From assembly GCA_965220015.1 (NCBI GenBank), contig OZ244798.1, positions 3,108,407-3,172,406 of the forward strand: a DNA stretch of 64,000 bases, written 5' to 3'. This stretch comes from Chloroflexota bacterium (GTDB taxonomy: Bacteria; Chloroflexota; UBA11872; VXOZ01). The notes below the pieces were generated by a model, which saw nothing but the letters and a program-made list of their open reading frames with translations, ran no database searches and was not told the origin of the DNA. The translations under genes were made by a program, and so were the position numbers. Shown piece after piece: positions 62,477-64,000 of this stretch; the stretch's first letter is position 1, and every line of letters begins with the position of its first letter.

Positions 62477-63304
62477 CTAACGCGGTATCAATTCCAGCGC
62501 GGCCAAGACGCCAATGACTACAATTGCCACAGCGTAGAGATGCAGCCGCATACGCAGTTCGAGCTCGCGCATATCAGTCTTAAGCGCTGTCTCCAATGCC
62601 ATAAAATTTGACTTGGTCTCCTTCTCCAACGCCTTTAGGTCGGCCTTTGCTTCTTTCTTATTTGCCTCTAGGTCGCCTCTAACGGCATCTATGTCCACTT
62701 TAGTCGCTGCTTCCAGAGCCTTTATGTCGCCCCTCACAGCTTCTATGTCCGTTTTGGTCGCTGCTTCCAGAGCCTTTATGTCGCCCCTCACAGCTTCTAT
62801 GTCCACTTTAGTCGCTGCTTCCAGAGCCTTTACGTCGCCCCTCACAGCTTCTATGTCCGTTTTGGTCGCTGCTTCCAGAGCCTTTATGTCGCCCCTCACA
62901 GCTTCTATGTCCGTTTTGGTCGCTGCTTCCAGAGCCTTTACGTCGCCCCTCACAGCTTCTATGTCCGTTTTGGTCGCTGCTTCCAGAGCCTTTATGTCGC
63001 CCCTCACAGCTTCTATGTCCGTTTTGGTCGCTGCTTCCAGAGCCTTTACGTCGCCCCTCACAGCTTCTATGTCCGTTTTGGTCGCTGCTTCCAGAGCCTT
63101 TACGTCGCCCCTCACAGCTTCTATGTCCGTTTTGGTCGCTGCTTCCAGAGCCTTTACGTCGCCCCTCACAGCTTCTATGTCCGTTTTAGTCGCCAGGGTA
63201 TCCCACGATACGCTCAAGGTCTCCAGCAAGGCTTCCGCCATTTCCTTGCTGTATCCCGCACCCCTGAGTCGCTCAAAGGCTTTATGGGTATCCTTCACCG
63301 CCAT
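62477..63304 (-). CDS. DUF1640/CCDC90-like coiled-coil membrane protein with 18-aa tandem repeats
   Basis: DTHKAFERL..AG head, (ATKTDIEAVRGDV/IKALEA)x9 plus a degenerate copy, C-terminal TM; AAGGAG RBS. Confidence 0.85.
   Translation of the reverse strand: MAVKDTHKAFERLRGAGYSKEMAEALLETLSVSWDTLATKTDIEAVRGDVKALEAATKTDIEAVRGDVKALEAATKTDIEAVRGDVKALEAATKTDIEAVRGDIKALEAATKTDIEAVRGDVKALEAATKTDIEAVRGDIKALEAATKTDIEAVRGDVKALEAATKVDIEAVRGDIKALEAATKTDIEAVRGDIKALEAATKVDIDAVRGDLEANKKEAKADLKALEKETKSNFMALETALKTDMRELELRMRLHLYAVAIVVIGVLAALELIPR
62675..63192 (-). repeat. 54-bp coding tandem repeat (~9.5 units)
   Basis: Near-identical units GTCGCCCCTCACAGCTTCTATGTCCGTTTTGGTCGCTGCTTCCAGAGCCTTTA. Confidence 0.92.
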
Positions 63305-63998
63305 AGTTCGTTGCTCCTTCGCTCGCCTGGCACCTGCGCCGCCGCTCGCACTCCCTATAGAAGCCTTCTATTCGTTCTCGTGCGATTTCCATGGCGTCTG
63401 GGCCTATCTCTATCCATTGTATGCCCTTTTGTTTGCGGAACCAAGTCTCCTGGCGCTTGGCGAGTTGGTGGGTCGCGTATTTCATCTGCTGAACGGCCTC
63501 CGCCAATGTGCACGTGCCCTGCACGTACGCGGCAAGCTGCCGGTACCCCGCGCTCTGCATGCTCGGCAGTTCGGTCGTTACGCTCGCCGCTAGCAGGCCT
63601 GCAACCTCCTCCACAAAGCCAGCGGCAATCATGCGGTCCACGCGCGCGTCAATGTGCTGATAGAGCGTTTCGCGCGCGGCGCTCAGGCCGAGTTGCAGTA
63701 TCGGATACGGCGGGGGACACCGCGTGCGCTGCGCGGAGAACGGCATGCCGGAGACGATACAGACCTCTAAGGCGCGGATGAGTCGCCGGGGATTGCGTTG
63801 ATCTACTTGCGCGGCAGCTACCGGGTCGAGACGCTCCAAGCGCGCGCTCAGAGCGGTATTACCCTCCAACTCCAGCGTACGTTCCAGTTCCGCACGCAAT
63901 TCCGGTTGCGGCGGCACCGACGGGAACTCAAGGCCGTCGACGATGGACTGTGCGTATAGTCCGGTCCCACCCACGAGCCAGGGCCGCTTCTCACGGAC
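63282..63998 (-). CDS. miaA: tRNA dimethylallyltransferase (5' end outside the window)
   Basis: VGGTGLY, NPRRLIRALEV, RVDRMI, KRQETWF. Confidence 0.94.
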   Translation of the reverse strand, partial: VREKRPWLVGGTGLYAQSIVDGLEFPSVPPQPELRAELERTLELEGNTALSARLERLDPVAAAQVDQRNPRRLIRALEVCIVSGMPFSAQRTRCPPPYPILQLGLSAARETLYQHIDARVDRMIAAGFVEEVAGLLAASVTTELPSMQSAGYRQLAAYVQGTCTLAEAVQQMKYATHQLAKRQETWFRKQKGIQWIEIGPDAMEIARERIEGFYRECERRRRCQASEGATNYGGEGYP

Positions 63999-64000
63999 AG

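Noticed and set aside
62675-63192. CRISPR array / plus-strand ORF 62613..63593
   Set aside because: Contiguous in-frame coding repeats without unique spacers; the plus ORF is an antisense shadow.

Overview
High-GC bacterial chromosomal window. Tat-lipoprotein solute-binding proteins, dapL/dapF/lysA and the REP-like repeats suggest a Chloroflexota-like organism, which is inference only. Most of the window is housekeeping and catabolic genes (fabG, lysA, dapL, dapF, miaA, hydantoinase A/B, oxidoreductases), plus two tandem families of uncharacterised surface proteins and several REP-like repeat families. The standout is a ~4.1 kb IS1595-family transposon (31964..36054) with 19-bp terminal inverted repeats and a 9-bp target duplication (GCTGAGGAA) that splits an ABC solute-binding lipoprotein gene. 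Besides the transposase it carries two non-canonical tRNA genes whose bodies look serine-type but whose anticodons read leucine: an 8/4 allo-tRNA-like gene (CAG, 33414..33508, +) and a 7/5 Ser-body tRNA (GAG, 34912..34999, -). It also carries four small-ORF/antisense-RNA modules and passenger segments bracketed by 29-61 bp direct repeats. All folds and motifs were read by eye; no searches were run.
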